Source: Calditrichia bacterium | Lineage (GTDB): Bacteria; Calditrichota; Calditrichia; RBG-13-44-9; J075 | Direction of reading: 5' to 3' | Assembly (NCBI GenBank): GCA_050633245.1 | Contig: JBOEGD010000027.1 | Coordinates: forward strand, 74,050 to 138,049 | DNA length: 64,000 nt | Shown: positions 49,980 to 59,310 of the stretch, one piece after another | How the letters are laid out: each line of letters starts with the position of its first letter | Position numbering within the stretch: position 1 is the stretch's first letter | Program-made: the position numbers and the translations under genes | The notes under the pieces: generated by a model | The model's database searches: none | The model's input: only the letters and a program-made list of their open reading frames with translations | Told to the model about the DNA's origin: nothing

Positions 49980-50726
49980 ATGGCAAACATTGCAACTGTA
50001 ATACTTGCGGCAGGAAAAGGAACACGCATGCAGTCCGATCTTCCCAAGGTACTTCATCCGCTTAACGAACGCTCTATGATTCACTATGTAATTGATGTCG
50101 CTGAAGCGATTAATTCTGAGAAGACGGTTTTGATCATCGGCCACAAACGTGAACTGGTAGAAGAAGCAACCTCCCAGAGAGGTGTTGAATATGCCGTCCA
50201 GGATCCTCAGTTAGGGACAGGACACGCCGTTATGCAAACGCGACCACACTTTGAGGGCTTTGAAGGCAATGTTCTGGTGCTCTCCGGGGATGTTCCGCTA
50301 TTGCAGGCAGACAGCATTCAAAAGCTTATCGATTACCACGTAAGCAGCGATAAACTCGCGACGCTTCTAACAGCAGAAATGGACGATCCTACCGGCTATG
50401 GCCGCGTTGTTCGCGATAGCGAAGGCAATGTAGTGAAGATTGTTGAAGAAAAAGATGCTGATGAGGAAACTCGACAGATCAAAGAGATTAACGTTGGGAT
50501 TTACATTTTTAAAGCAGCTGAACTCTATCAGACGCTTCCGCTCGTTAAGAATGATAATCGGCAGTCTGAATATTATCTGCCCGATGTGTTGAAAATTTAT
50601 GTTGAGAATGGTGAGAAGCTCGCCGCAATTCTAACTCCTGACGTAGAAGAGACGCATGGAATTAATACGGTGGATCAGCTTAAGAATGCTGAAGACATAT
50701 TGAATGCACGACTACAGTCGGCCTAA
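49980..50726 (+). CDS. stand-alone GlmU-like N-terminal nucleotidyltransferase domain (UDP-GlcNAc pyrophosphorylase-like) lacking the left-handed beta-helix acetyltransferase domain
   Basis: VILAAGKGTRMQSDLPKVLHPL...QLGTGHAV...LSGDVPL...DPTGYGR...EINVGIYIF closely tracks the E. coli GlmU uridyltransferase domain motifs; ORF stops at the linker (248 aa). Confidence 0.7.
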   Translation: MANIATVILAAGKGTRMQSDLPKVLHPLNERSMIHYVIDVAEAINSEKTVLIIGHKRELVEEATSQRGVEYAVQDPQLGTGHAVMQTRPHFEGFEGNVLVLSGDVPLLQADSIQKLIDYHVSSDKLATLLTAEMDDPTGYGRVVRDSEGNVVKIVEEKDADEETRQIKEINVGIYIFKAAELYQTLPLVKNDNRQSEYYLPDVLKIYVENGEKLAAILTPDVEETHGINTVDQLKNAEDILNARLQSA

Positions 50727-50767
50727 AGAATGATGTCTTCCCGACGTTTCTGCGTTGGGAAGACGAC

Positions 50768-51322
50768 TTATTCAACAGCAGGCCCTTTGTTATTGCCCTC
50801 CGGGTCTGTCGCCAAAGCGGAATCTTCTGCCTGGGGCGCAACGTCTTTCCAACCACCAAACAGCAACATCAATCCCAGGCCGCACATAATGGCAACATCA
50901 GCGACATTGAAAATCCCAGTTCGCACACTTCCAATACCCATGTTCATAAAGTCGATTACCAGTCCGGAGTTCAGAATGCGATCGAGAATGTTACTGAATC
51001 CGCCGCTAAAAATAAGCGAGAGGGCAATTGTTTGCAGAGACGTCAGGCGTTTATTAAACACCAAGTAGCCGAGCAGGGCTATCAACAGCAAAGATGGTAA
51101 GATTGTCAGTCCGATAAATCGCAGTTCATCGGATAAGCCGGAACCAAACCCAAGCATGCCACCATTGTTCTCGGCATACTGAAAACGAAAAAAATCATTC
51201 CAATATATCTTTGCCATTCGGCCGCGCAACATATCCTGCGCGATTGTTTTGCTTATCTGATCGATTGCAACAATCAACAGCGTGGTAATCGATATCCAAA
51301 TCATGCGTTTATTATTTGTCAC
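50768..51322 (-). CDS. lspA: lipoprotein signal peptidase (signal peptidase II)
   Basis: Four TM segments; conserved LspA motifs including FNVADVAI and FSGGFSNILDR. Confidence 0.85.
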   Translation of the reverse strand: MTNNKRMIWISITTLLIVAIDQISKTIAQDMLRGRMAKIYWNDFFRFQYAENNGGMLGFGSGLSDELRFIGLTILPSLLLIALLGYLVFNKRLTSLQTIALSLIFSGGFSNILDRILNSGLVIDFMNMGIGSVRTGIFNVADVAIMCGLGLMLLFGGWKDVAPQAEDSALATDPEGNNKGPAVE

Positions 51323-51398
51323 AGTAATCCTTTCTTGCAGAGCCGTTCATTCAGAGGACACAATGTAGTCATTTTTTTCTGATGCCACAGCAAAAAAA

Positions 51399-51782
51399 TC
51401 ACGTCTTCGCAGGCACTTTTGCCGGCGGCTCATCATCACTTTCAATCCCCTGATCGGTAAAGGCATCGCGAAGATAAAATCCTGCGGCACATGCTGTTCC
51501 CCCACAAATCAGAGCGATCAACACTGCCCCTACAAACAGCAATTGCGGGGAACTGGCTTGACTCAGTTCAACAATACGCGGCAATAACTCATCGGCAAAA
51601 CGAGCATAGTAGAGCGTTGGCGCTAACCAAACCAGGCTACAGCTAAGTCCACCTGCCAGAAAAGCACGAAATCCACTGGCTGGGCGCCACACACCATACA
51701 AGAACGGAAGCGGGATAATCCACCACCAGAATGGGGTTAAAAGATGGAGTGCGGTGAGTGCTGCTATTAAAAGAAGTATCAT
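51399..51782 (-). CDS. small integral membrane protein, unknown function
   Basis: 127 aa, 3-4 hydrophobic helices; heptamer repeat array about 22 bp upstream of its start. Confidence 0.45.
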   Translation of the reverse strand: MILLLIAALTALHLLTPFWWWIIPLPFLYGVWRPASGFRAFLAGGLSCSLVWLAPTLYYARFADELLPRIVELSQASSPQLLFVGAVLIALICGGTACAAGFYLRDAFTDQGIESDDEPPAKVPAKT

Positions 51783-51803
51783 ATACTGTCGGATTTAAGA
51801 GTT

Positions 51804-51873
51804 ATGATCGGTGATCGGTGATCGGTGATCGGTGATCGGTGATCGGTGATCGGTGATCGGTGATCGGTGATCG
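51804..51873. repeat. heptanucleotide tandem repeat (GTGATCG)x9 plus one degenerate copy; every unit contains GATC
   Basis: Counted directly: 9 perfect copies at 51811-51873 preceded by ATGATCG; located 22-92 bp upstream of the 51399..51782 start, on its promoter side. Confidence 0.95.
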
Positions 51874-51954
51874 AAATTTATTTCTTGATAAGCACCTGCA
51901 TAAGATCAAAATTTTTCGTTGCCCGTTGCCTCCCGGCGGTTCGGAATAGTCCGT

Positions 51955-51989
51955 CGCTTCTCGCTTCTCGCTTCTCGCTTCTCGCTTCT
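51955..51989. repeat. heptanucleotide tandem repeat (CGCTTCT)x5 immediately 3' of the acylase stop codon
   Basis: Counted directly: 5 perfect copies at 51955-51989; acylase stop TGA (minus) at 51993-51995. Confidence 0.95.
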
Positions 51990-51992
51990 CAC

Positions 51993-54407
51993 TCAAGGCC
52001 GCAGAACCGTTCCATCATCAAGCTCGGAAGCTTTTTGCAGGTAGTTCAGCTCATAAAATACGCCGTCTCTCCAATCGTCAATCGTTGCGTCGTAATTTTT
52101 AGAACCGGGATTACCTGATTGTCCGCCGGGATAAATACCCCATGCCTTTATCGGATTGCTCATTTCTACTACCATTCGCCAGGTTGGGCCATGAACACGC
52201 TTGGTAGCATTCACTACAATCGGAGCGCCATCGGTTACCAATCCAACCCGTCCAAGCCCCTTAATTCGAGCCATGTGCAGCATGTCTGTTCCCTGAACGT
52301 TACCCCACTCCCAACCTTTTTCCAGTGGATCGTATTTGTTATACAGCTGCTGACGAGTTTGCTGAAATGCCAGCAGAAGCACTTCGCTACACGTTTCCAC
52401 AATGGCGCTGCTATCAATATCAAAGAATGGACTTTCAGGCTCTTCAAGGATTAGCTGCATCAACACTTCGTCAGGCGGGTAAAGCAGCTTTTCATCCTCA
52501 CTCTCAAATTCATTCTGCCAGGTGATATGACTTATGTATTGCCACCAAAAGGAAAAGAAAGTCGCAGCTTCCGATGTGCGGTCTTGCCTAAAGTCCCAAT
52601 CGTTGAGTAAATCTATCTGATCTGCCTCCGAAAGGGATAAATCTTCCCAGGGCAGTAACTGCATCATAGTAGGAAGCACTTCCCGGGCACGGACATTTAG
52701 CACATCAAGCTGCAGATCACGCATGGCCTTTGCTGAAATCTTTTTGCCGGGCTCCAGCATCTCAGCTATTCGAACACTGCGCTCGAAGGAGGCATATTTA
52801 CCATACAGATTGTAGGGATAGCCCTGCGTCGTCGGTAACTGATTACTCGAAGCTACGTAGCCTTCAGCCGGATTTACCAGTTTCGGCAAGTGTTCACGTG
52901 GAATCCATCCCTGCCAATCATAAGCCGGGTCGCGGCCATCGGAGACAAACCGTCCCTGATGTTTCCAGCGCATTGGCAGCTTGCCAAGGTGATGAATGGC
53001 AATATCGCCCTCGCCGGTGGCAAAGGCAAAGTTCAGAGCGGGAGTTTGATACGTTTTAAGAGCTGTAAGCGCCTCCTGATGCGTTTTTGCACGATTCAAT
53101 TTCAGAAAGGCAAGCAGTTCGTTACTGGCATCATGTGCAACCCAGCGTAGCGCTGCTCCTGCCGGAACGCCTTTGTTTGTAACGACTTCGTCCTTTTTGT
53201 AGACCACTAAGCCATGTCGCGTAACAGGAATCGTATCGCGGACTACGCGCCCGCCGCGCATGCGAATGTCTTCAATTAAAAGATCAGCTTCCAGCCACTT
53301 ACCATCGTAGAGATAACGTTTTGCGCTCCCAGCTTCAAATTCAACTTCATACCAATCCAGCACATCTGTTTGGGCATTTGTAAGTCCCCAGGACACATCT
53401 GAATTAAAGCCAATAACCACTGCCGGTAACCCGGGCAAACTAACACCATAAACATTTACATCCGGAGCAGCCAGCTGTATCTCATACCAGATGGAAGGCA
53501 GGGTAAACCCCAAATGCACATCATTACTCAAAATTGCATTGCCGTTAACTGTTCGCGATCCCGATACGGCCCAATTGTTACTTCCATTGTGCGGATCCGG
53601 ACGCAGCGGGAGCTGTTCAGCCAGCGGTTTTTCCGGGCGATAAATGGAATCCGGTGCGGTCGGGACAACATCCGGCTTGAACTTCCATTGCGTTTTCGAG
53701 CCAGCTACCGGCCTACTGCGCGTTAAAGAAGGCAATAATAGCTTTTGCAGCAGTGAGTCACCAAGCTGTTCCCGCGTACGCGTTAGCAGCAGCTCTTCAC
53801 TGTAACCGGTTAGATCCCACGCCAGATACTTTAAAATGAGCAAAGATTTTATTGGTGTCCAAGCTTCGGGAGAATAATCAAGGAGCTTAAATTCAAGTGG
53901 AAAGTCTTTCGCAGCAAGCTGATTAATCCAGGCATTTACACCATTTGTATATGCCATCAGAGCGGCATGTGAACCGGAATCTTTCCCTACTTCTTCCAGC
54001 ATTCGTTCGGCAGCCAATCGCATTCCAATACGCCGACGGTAGCGATCGTATTCCAACATGCTCTCGCCAACAACCTCAGCGATACGGCCGCCGGCGGCGC
54101 GAGAGAGAAAGTCCATCTGCCATAATCGATCACGTGCTTCCAGAAATCCCTGCGTAAAATAAAGATCGTGATCATTCTCGGCAAAGACATGAGGCACCCT
54201 ACGCTCGTCCCAACGCACCTGAACGGCCTCAACAAGTCCGGTTACGTTCAATTCATCAGGTAAAATGTCATCTTCACCATTTTGAAGATAGCCGCTAAAC
54301 GGATTAAGAAACTTCCCGATGGGCGGTTGAATGCCACGCGGATAGTTCAAAAAATAAAACAGGATTGCCAATATGCTGACGGAGGCAAAAAATTTAAACC
54401 ACTTCAT
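51993..54407 (-). CDS. penicillin amidase / acyl-homoserine-lactone acylase family Ntn-hydrolase
   Basis: 804 aa with signal peptide; internal GSNNWAVSGSRT is the autoproteolytic site exposing the N-terminal nucleophile Ser of the beta subunit (SNxW). Confidence 0.8.
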   Translation of the reverse strand: MKWFKFFASVSILAILFYFLNYPRGIQPPIGKFLNPFSGYLQNGEDDILPDELNVTGLVEAVQVRWDERRVPHVFAENDHDLYFTQGFLEARDRLWQMDFLSRAAGGRIAEVVGESMLEYDRYRRRIGMRLAAERMLEEVGKDSGSHAALMAYTNGVNAWINQLAAKDFPLEFKLLDYSPEAWTPIKSLLILKYLAWDLTGYSEELLLTRTREQLGDSLLQKLLLPSLTRSRPVAGSKTQWKFKPDVVPTAPDSIYRPEKPLAEQLPLRPDPHNGSNNWAVSGSRTVNGNAILSNDVHLGFTLPSIWYEIQLAAPDVNVYGVSLPGLPAVVIGFNSDVSWGLTNAQTDVLDWYEVEFEAGSAKRYLYDGKWLEADLLIEDIRMRGGRVVRDTIPVTRHGLVVYKKDEVVTNKGVPAGAALRWVAHDASNELLAFLKLNRAKTHQEALTALKTYQTPALNFAFATGEGDIAIHHLGKLPMRWKHQGRFVSDGRDPAYDWQGWIPREHLPKLVNPAEGYVASSNQLPTTQGYPYNLYGKYASFERSVRIAEMLEPGKKISAKAMRDLQLDVLNVRAREVLPTMMQLLPWEDLSLSEADQIDLLNDWDFRQDRTSEAATFFSFWWQYISHITWQNEFESEDEKLLYPPDEVLMQLILEEPESPFFDIDSSAIVETCSEVLLLAFQQTRQQLYNKYDPLEKGWEWGNVQGTDMLHMARIKGLGRVGLVTDGAPIVVNATKRVHGPTWRMVVEMSNPIKAWGIYPGGQSGNPGSKNYDATIDDWRDGVFYELNYLQKASELDDGTVLRP

Positions 54408-54502
54408 TATTTTTCCGGATGTAGGATGATTGCTGCGCCTTTATTTAAAACACTTCCGACAAAAATAAAAGCAGAAATATGAATTTGCCCGGGGTGGGCT
54501 TT

Positions 54503-56353
54503 TTACTGACCGTCGTCTACCGGCAAACCGGCCAGCTTCATAATGGTAAGCGCATTTGTGGTTGGGCACGGTCCCGGATGGATTTTATAGTCAAACGTCA
54601 TTTTTCCGTCTACTACCTCTTCACGAAAATGCATATTGCGCAGCTTTGGAAACGAGTCTGCAAGCTGCGTCAGTTCAAGATCATGAGTTGATATTGCACC
54701 GACGCCAAACTTACCGGACAGACCGGCGATGTAAGCCTGGCTCCCAATCAACCGTTCGCGGTTATTCGTGCCCTTGAAGATTTCATCAATAAGAAAAAAG
54801 AGCGGTTTGCTCTCCCCTTCTCTTTCCAGTGATTCGAGAAGGTGCTTTAGTCTGCGCACCTCTGCGTAGAAATAACTGAACCCGTCGACCAGCGAATCAC
54901 TCACATTGATGCTGGTAAAAAGACGCAGCGGCACCAACTGCATATCACGACTGTCGACGACCCCGCCGGCATTCGCCAGCACCAGGTTTGCGCCCATCGT
55001 TTTCAGAAAGGTGCTTTTACCAGACATGTTTGAGCCTGTAATTAAAAGTGTCTCGCCTGTCGAGTCGAAGCGAATATCGTTGCGAATTTTACCGCCTTCG
55101 GGCAAAAGCGGATGCCCCATCTCGGTCGCGGAGAACGTCGGCTCACTTACATCAGCCGCCATCTTTGGAAAGGTAGATGCCGGGTTTAGCCACCCCATTG
55201 TGGCAAGCGAAGACATTGCTTCCAACTCTGCCCAGCTTTGAAGCCAGTTAGGCAGTTGCTCTGCCAGTTCTGCACGCACGCGATACAACCGGCGTGCCCA
55301 AAAATAATCGTATGGGAAAATCAAATTTAATATAACCATCAACATGGGATTCATGCGAATGCCCACCGCATAGATAATTCGCTGGATGCGCTTAATCAAT
55401 TGCGGAACACCGTCTGCATTGCGAAACGGTGCACAGAATGCGGCCAAATGAGGGGCATTGTGATATGGATATTCTCTTAGATAGCCTAAGATTCCGGACA
55501 TTTGCTGTAGCTCATCACTCAGCATCAGGGTATCATTAAACAACTGACTCAATTGTTTGGCATTACCGAAATATAAAATGACATAGGCGACAAGCGGCAT
55601 AGCCCAATAGGAATTCGGCATGGTCGTTATGTTTAATAGTAGTAATCCTAACATAGAGCCAAGCAAAACCTTCATGAGAATCAGCAGCTTCATTGAAGGA
55701 GCTGAATCATCATCACGCTTCAATTTCGTCAACAAAAGTCGTCCGTTAAACGCCTGATCAGAGACACGACGAAACTGCCAGAACAGATTATCACAAAAAC
55801 CGGACAGCCCTCGCAGTTCACGAACAATCTTTTGGCGAACCAGAACCTGCTCGGGTGAGGCTTCACGATGGAGCAGCCATTCTGCCAGCTGACGCGAACC
55901 ATCTACCGAGATTGCCGGATTAAGTAAGCGATGCAGCGATGTTTCACCGGTAACCTCAAGGTCTTTATTGAAAGGATGGTCTTTATCGGTATCAAAATGT
56001 TCTGCAACAGGAAGTTCATCCCAACTTACGCGCATGCGAGCGAGCTGCAGATGCTTGAGCTCTTTCCAAACGCGATTCTTATGCAGCCGTCGACGGACAA
56101 TACGATGGTTTCTTGCCAAGAAGAAAAATATAATTGCCGAAAACAACAGAATCACTAAACCGCCACTGCGATTTATCCAAAAAATGGCCGAGCCTGCTAT
56201 GCCACCGCTTAAAAACACCAGTAGTCGCCAGAGCGAGATCTTTTCCAAAAGTGCACGCAGTGAATCTTCTTGTTTACTGTATTGCTGTACCGTTTTTTGC
56301 AGGATTCTTTCCCGCTGGTCACGTTTCGTTTGTTTACCCAAAGTCATATCCAC
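54503..56353 (-). CDS. MutS-family ATPase domain (domain V) fused to an N-terminal polytopic membrane region; MutS-related, not a canonical mismatch-repair MutS
   Basis: Walker A GSNMSGKSTFLKTMG and MutS-type C-terminal ATPase motifs (DEIFKGTN, STHD); several TM helices in the first 300 aa; no mismatch-binding or connector domain. Confidence 0.6.
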   Translation of the reverse strand: MDMTLGKQTKRDQRERILQKTVQQYSKQEDSLRALLEKISLWRLLVFLSGGIAGSAIFWINRSGGLVILLFSAIIFFFLARNHRIVRRRLHKNRVWKELKHLQLARMRVSWDELPVAEHFDTDKDHPFNKDLEVTGETSLHRLLNPAISVDGSRQLAEWLLHREASPEQVLVRQKIVRELRGLSGFCDNLFWQFRRVSDQAFNGRLLLTKLKRDDDSAPSMKLLILMKVLLGSMLGLLLLNITTMPNSYWAMPLVAYVILYFGNAKQLSQLFNDTLMLSDELQQMSGILGYLREYPYHNAPHLAAFCAPFRNADGVPQLIKRIQRIIYAVGIRMNPMLMVILNLIFPYDYFWARRLYRVRAELAEQLPNWLQSWAELEAMSSLATMGWLNPASTFPKMAADVSEPTFSATEMGHPLLPEGGKIRNDIRFDSTGETLLITGSNMSGKSTFLKTMGANLVLANAGGVVDSRDMQLVPLRLFTSINVSDSLVDGFSYFYAEVRRLKHLLESLEREGESKPLFFLIDEIFKGTNNRERLIGSQAYIAGLSGKFGVGAISTHDLELTQLADSFPKLRNMHFREEVVDGKMTFDYKIHPGPCPTTNALTIMKLAGLPVDDGQ

Positions 56354-56355
56354 TC

Positions 56356-56718
56356 TTAATCTTCACGATGTACCGTATCCGGGCTGAAAGCCGGTATGCA
56401 AAACGACCAATATTCCGCCGGTTCTTCATAGGGGTTTGAATATCGAAGGCGCGTACCGGCATTAACCAACAGCGTCTCACCTGCTTTAAGCTCGACAATC
56501 TCGTCATTAAACTCAATTATTTTTGTACCGGAAATCATAATTGTGAACTCATCAAATTCCGGTTTTTGATACGGCTCAGACCATCCAGGCGGGGCAATCA
56601 TGTGTGCAACACTACATTGACTGCTGCCGGTGCTGGCCATGCCAAAGTGCTCCTCAATCAACTTGCCGTCAGTCGTGGGAACAATAAATGGATTTGTCTG
56701 CTTTTTAAATCCTGCCAT
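56356..56718 (-). CDS. cupin-domain protein
   Basis: 120 aa; beta-rich with cupin-like G(X)5HXH-like spacing, low certainty; 3-bp spacer to the upstream gene. Confidence 0.4.
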   Translation of the reverse strand: MAGFKKQTNPFIVPTTDGKLIEEHFGMASTGSSQCSVAHMIAPPGWSEPYQKPEFDEFTIMISGTKIIEFNDEIVELKAGETLLVNAGTRLRYSNPYEEPAEYWSFCIPAFSPDTVHRED

Positions 56719-56814
56719 TGGAGAATCTCACAATATTTTTTTTGGAATTTGCTACGATAAATAGTATATAGTTTAACACCTTATCCTACTCAATCCAAAG
56801 TCCGGTAGAAAAAA

Positions 56815-57798
56815 ATGATTCGTGAAGCGGCGTTTTTGAGAGAGAATTCCCGTAAATGGCAGCGAATGGAATCCTTGTTAAATGCATCGGGGAAACAGAA
56901 TCCCGATGAATTAGCCGAACTCTATTTGGAGATTAACAGCGATCTCTCATTTGCCCGCACGTTTTATCCGGACAGCAAAACCGCTCTTTATCTTAATGGA
57001 CTGGCCGGACAGCTTCATCAACGCATCTATCGTAACAAAAAAGAAGAATCCAATCGCATTGTTACGTTCTGGCGCGATGAATTGCCCGAGATTTTTCGCC
57101 AATCACGTCGAGAACTACTCTACTCGTTCATTATTTTTGTTATCGCTGTTAGCGTCGGTGTGCTATCAACCGCACATGACGAAGGCTACGCACGCTATAT
57201 TCTTGGTGATCACTATATTAATATGACAGAGAGCAACATTGAAAGCGGCGACCCTATGGCCGTTTACAAGGATATGAATCAGATCGATATGTTTCTCGGG
57301 ATCACCTTCAATAACATTCGCGTGTCGTTTATGGCCTTTGCCATGGGCATCTTCTTTTCGCTTGGCACGGTTTACATTCTTATTACCAATGGCATAATGT
57401 TGGGCACATTTCAGTATTTTTTCTATCAGCGCGAATTACTTACTGAATCGGCTTTGGCAATTTGGGTTCATGGCACACTCGAAATTTCTGCAATCGTCAT
57501 CGCCGGTGCTGCCGGCATGGTAATGGGCAACAGCCTGATATTTCCCGGCACCTTTACACGTATGCAAAGCCTTATTCGCGGTGCACGACGTGGACTAAAA
57601 ATCGTAATCGGCATGCTGCCAATTTTTGTTGCGGCAGGATTTTTGGAAAGTTTTGTAACAAGGCTTACCGACATGCCGCTGCTCTTAAACCTTGCTATCA
57701 TTCTCGGTTCTCTGGGATTCATACTATGGTACGTAATCATGTATCCAATAATGCATGGAGGCGCTTCTTCTGATGGACCAGACGATGCAACTTCGTGA
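56815..57798 (+). CDS. SpoIIM-like / DUF95-family membrane protein
   Basis: 327 aa; 5-6 TM helices; first gene of the conserved MoxR-DUF58-RDD neighbourhood. Confidence 0.5.
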   Translation: MIREAAFLRENSRKWQRMESLLNASGKQNPDELAELYLEINSDLSFARTFYPDSKTALYLNGLAGQLHQRIYRNKKEESNRIVTFWRDELPEIFRQSRRELLYSFIIFVIAVSVGVLSTAHDEGYARYILGDHYINMTESNIESGDPMAVYKDMNQIDMFLGITFNNIRVSFMAFAMGIFFSLGTVYILITNGIMLGTFQYFFYQRELLTESALAIWVHGTLEISAIVIAGAAGMVMGNSLIFPGTFTRMQSLIRGARRGLKIVIGMLPIFVAAGFLESFVTRLTDMPLLLNLAIILGSLGFILWYVIMYPIMHGGASSDGPDDATS

Positions 57799-58591
57799 GG
57801 TACGGGATTTTAGCCAGGTATTAAGTGCCAGCGTCAGCTTTATTAAAGCCCACTTTATTCCACTTGGGCGAGTTCTGTTAAGTATTATCATTCCTTTCGC
57901 GATAATCGACCAGCTTTCCGGGCCACCAGAGACAAGCTTAAACATTCCGGTATTTCTGCAAACTTCAGATAGTCTTGCAACTCATTTTTGTGCTTTTCTG
58001 GTAACCGGATATGTTTACTGCTATCTCGTGCTCTTTCAGGAGCAAGGATTAATACCCGGCCCCATTGATATCTGGCGTTTGCTATTCAGACGAAGCTTTG
58101 CGGTGATAATAGGATTTATTCTCAGCATCACGATAATTGTTCTGGGTCTTTTCTTTCTGGTTATTCCGGGTCTGTATCTCGCAGGCATATTCTCATTAAT
58201 GACTATGGTTATTATCTCCGAGCGCAAAGGCGTATTTGAAGCATTTGGACGCTGTTTCGAATTGGTTTCCCGGGAGTGGTGGGGAACGATGGGCATCTAC
58301 ATTATTACGATGTATTTTTCCGTTGTCTATGCAATAGGCACCGGACTTCCACTGGAGCTGCTCGTTTCAATTCTGGAGGGCAACTCTATTGTTACTCAAC
58401 CGGTAGAGGAAGTCAACCATCTTATCAATCGAGCCAATGTTTTCATTACCTTTATTTCCAGCCAGCTGTTAAGCGCCATCCCCCCCGTTGCACTTGGCAT
58501 TCAGTACTACAGCATTGTTGAAAAGCGCGAAATGGTCGGACTAATGAATCGCCTCGCCACACTTATTCCAATGGAACAGGTGGCGGAATGA
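57773..58591 (+). CDS. polytopic membrane protein, unknown function
   Basis: About 6 hydrophobic helices; start ambiguous (57755, 57773 or 57785), overlapping the upstream stop. Confidence 0.45.
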   Translation: MDQTMQLREVRDFSQVLSASVSFIKAHFIPLGRVLLSIIIPFAIIDQLSGPPETSLNIPVFLQTSDSLATHFCAFLVTGYVYCYLVLFQEQGLIPGPIDIWRLLFRRSFAVIIGFILSITIIVLGLFFLVIPGLYLAGIFSLMTMVIISERKGVFEAFGRCFELVSREWWGTMGIYIITMYFSVVYAIGTGLPLELLVSILEGNSIVTQPVEEVNHLINRANVFITFISSQLLSAIPPVALGIQYYSIVEKREMVGLMNRLATLIPMEQVAE

Positions 58592-59310
58592 AAAACGTTC
58601 TTTTGATAACTGCGTTTATTTGCTCAATCAACGCCCTTTTGGCTGCAGAAAGCTCATGGATTTCCGAAATTGCCATCGATAGCAGCTTAACCGAAATTCA
58701 GCAATTCGATCTAGAAACCCTGCGCGAATTTCGGGAAGACAGCGACTTTTTCTATGATCACCAACCTCCTAATACGATCGGATGGTGGGAAGATTTCAAG
58801 CGGTGGTTGTGGCATAATATTTTTCGTTCACTTGGTGTAGTAGACAACCCTTTTCTAAGAAACTTACTTTTCTACGGCTTTATTGCAGCCGTTTTAGGCT
58901 ATGCTGCATATAAGATGTCTGAAGGCGATATTCAGAAGCTTTGGAAAGGACGCAGTCGCAAGGTTACCGTAGATTTTCTTGAAGATGAAAAAGACATCCA
59001 GGATCTCGATATCGAGAAGCTGCTAAAGCAGGCATTGCAAGAGAACGATTTGCATCGTGCAACTCGACTGCTCTACCTTAAGGCATTGCGTCAATTAAGC
59101 GAGCGAGCGTTGATTCTCTGGCAGCGCGACAAAACAAACAGCGACTATATCCTCGAGCTATCCGGCAATCCCATTCAAGATAATTTCCGTGAAATTACCC
59201 GGATATTCGACCATGTTTACTATGGCGATTTCAAGCTCCGTATTGCGAGTTTCCCCGAGTTGAGGGCACATTTCGAGCAATTCTATGAAAGACTCGGAGC
59301 ACTCAAATGA
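58588..59310 (+). CDS. DUF4129-like membrane-anchored protein
   Basis: Signal/TM, second TM, C-terminal soluble domain; fits the conserved order DUF4129 - DUF4350 - MoxR - DUF58; 4-bp overlaps on both sides. Confidence 0.4.
   Translation: MKNVLLITAFICSINALLAAESSWISEIAIDSSLTEIQQFDLETLREFREDSDFFYDHQPPNTIGWWEDFKRWLWHNIFRSLGVVDNPFLRNLLFYGFIAAVLGYAAYKMSEGDIQKLWKGRSRKVTVDFLEDEKDIQDLDIEKLLKQALQENDLHRATRLLYLKALRQLSERALILWQRDKTNSDYILELSGNPIQDNFREITRIFDHVYYGDFKLRIASFPELRAHFEQFYERLGALK

Noticed and set aside
50730-51068. Possible frameshifted continuation of the GlmU-like gene into an acetyltransferase domain (ORF 50730..51068)
   Set aside because: The translated ORF has no hexapeptide-repeat character, and the region is convincingly occupied by lspA on the opposite strand.
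51804-51989. Repeat arrays considered as a possible CRISPR locus
   Set aside because: Units are 7 bp perfect tandem copies with no spacers and no cas genes nearby. They are simple microsatellite-like arrays, not CRISPR.
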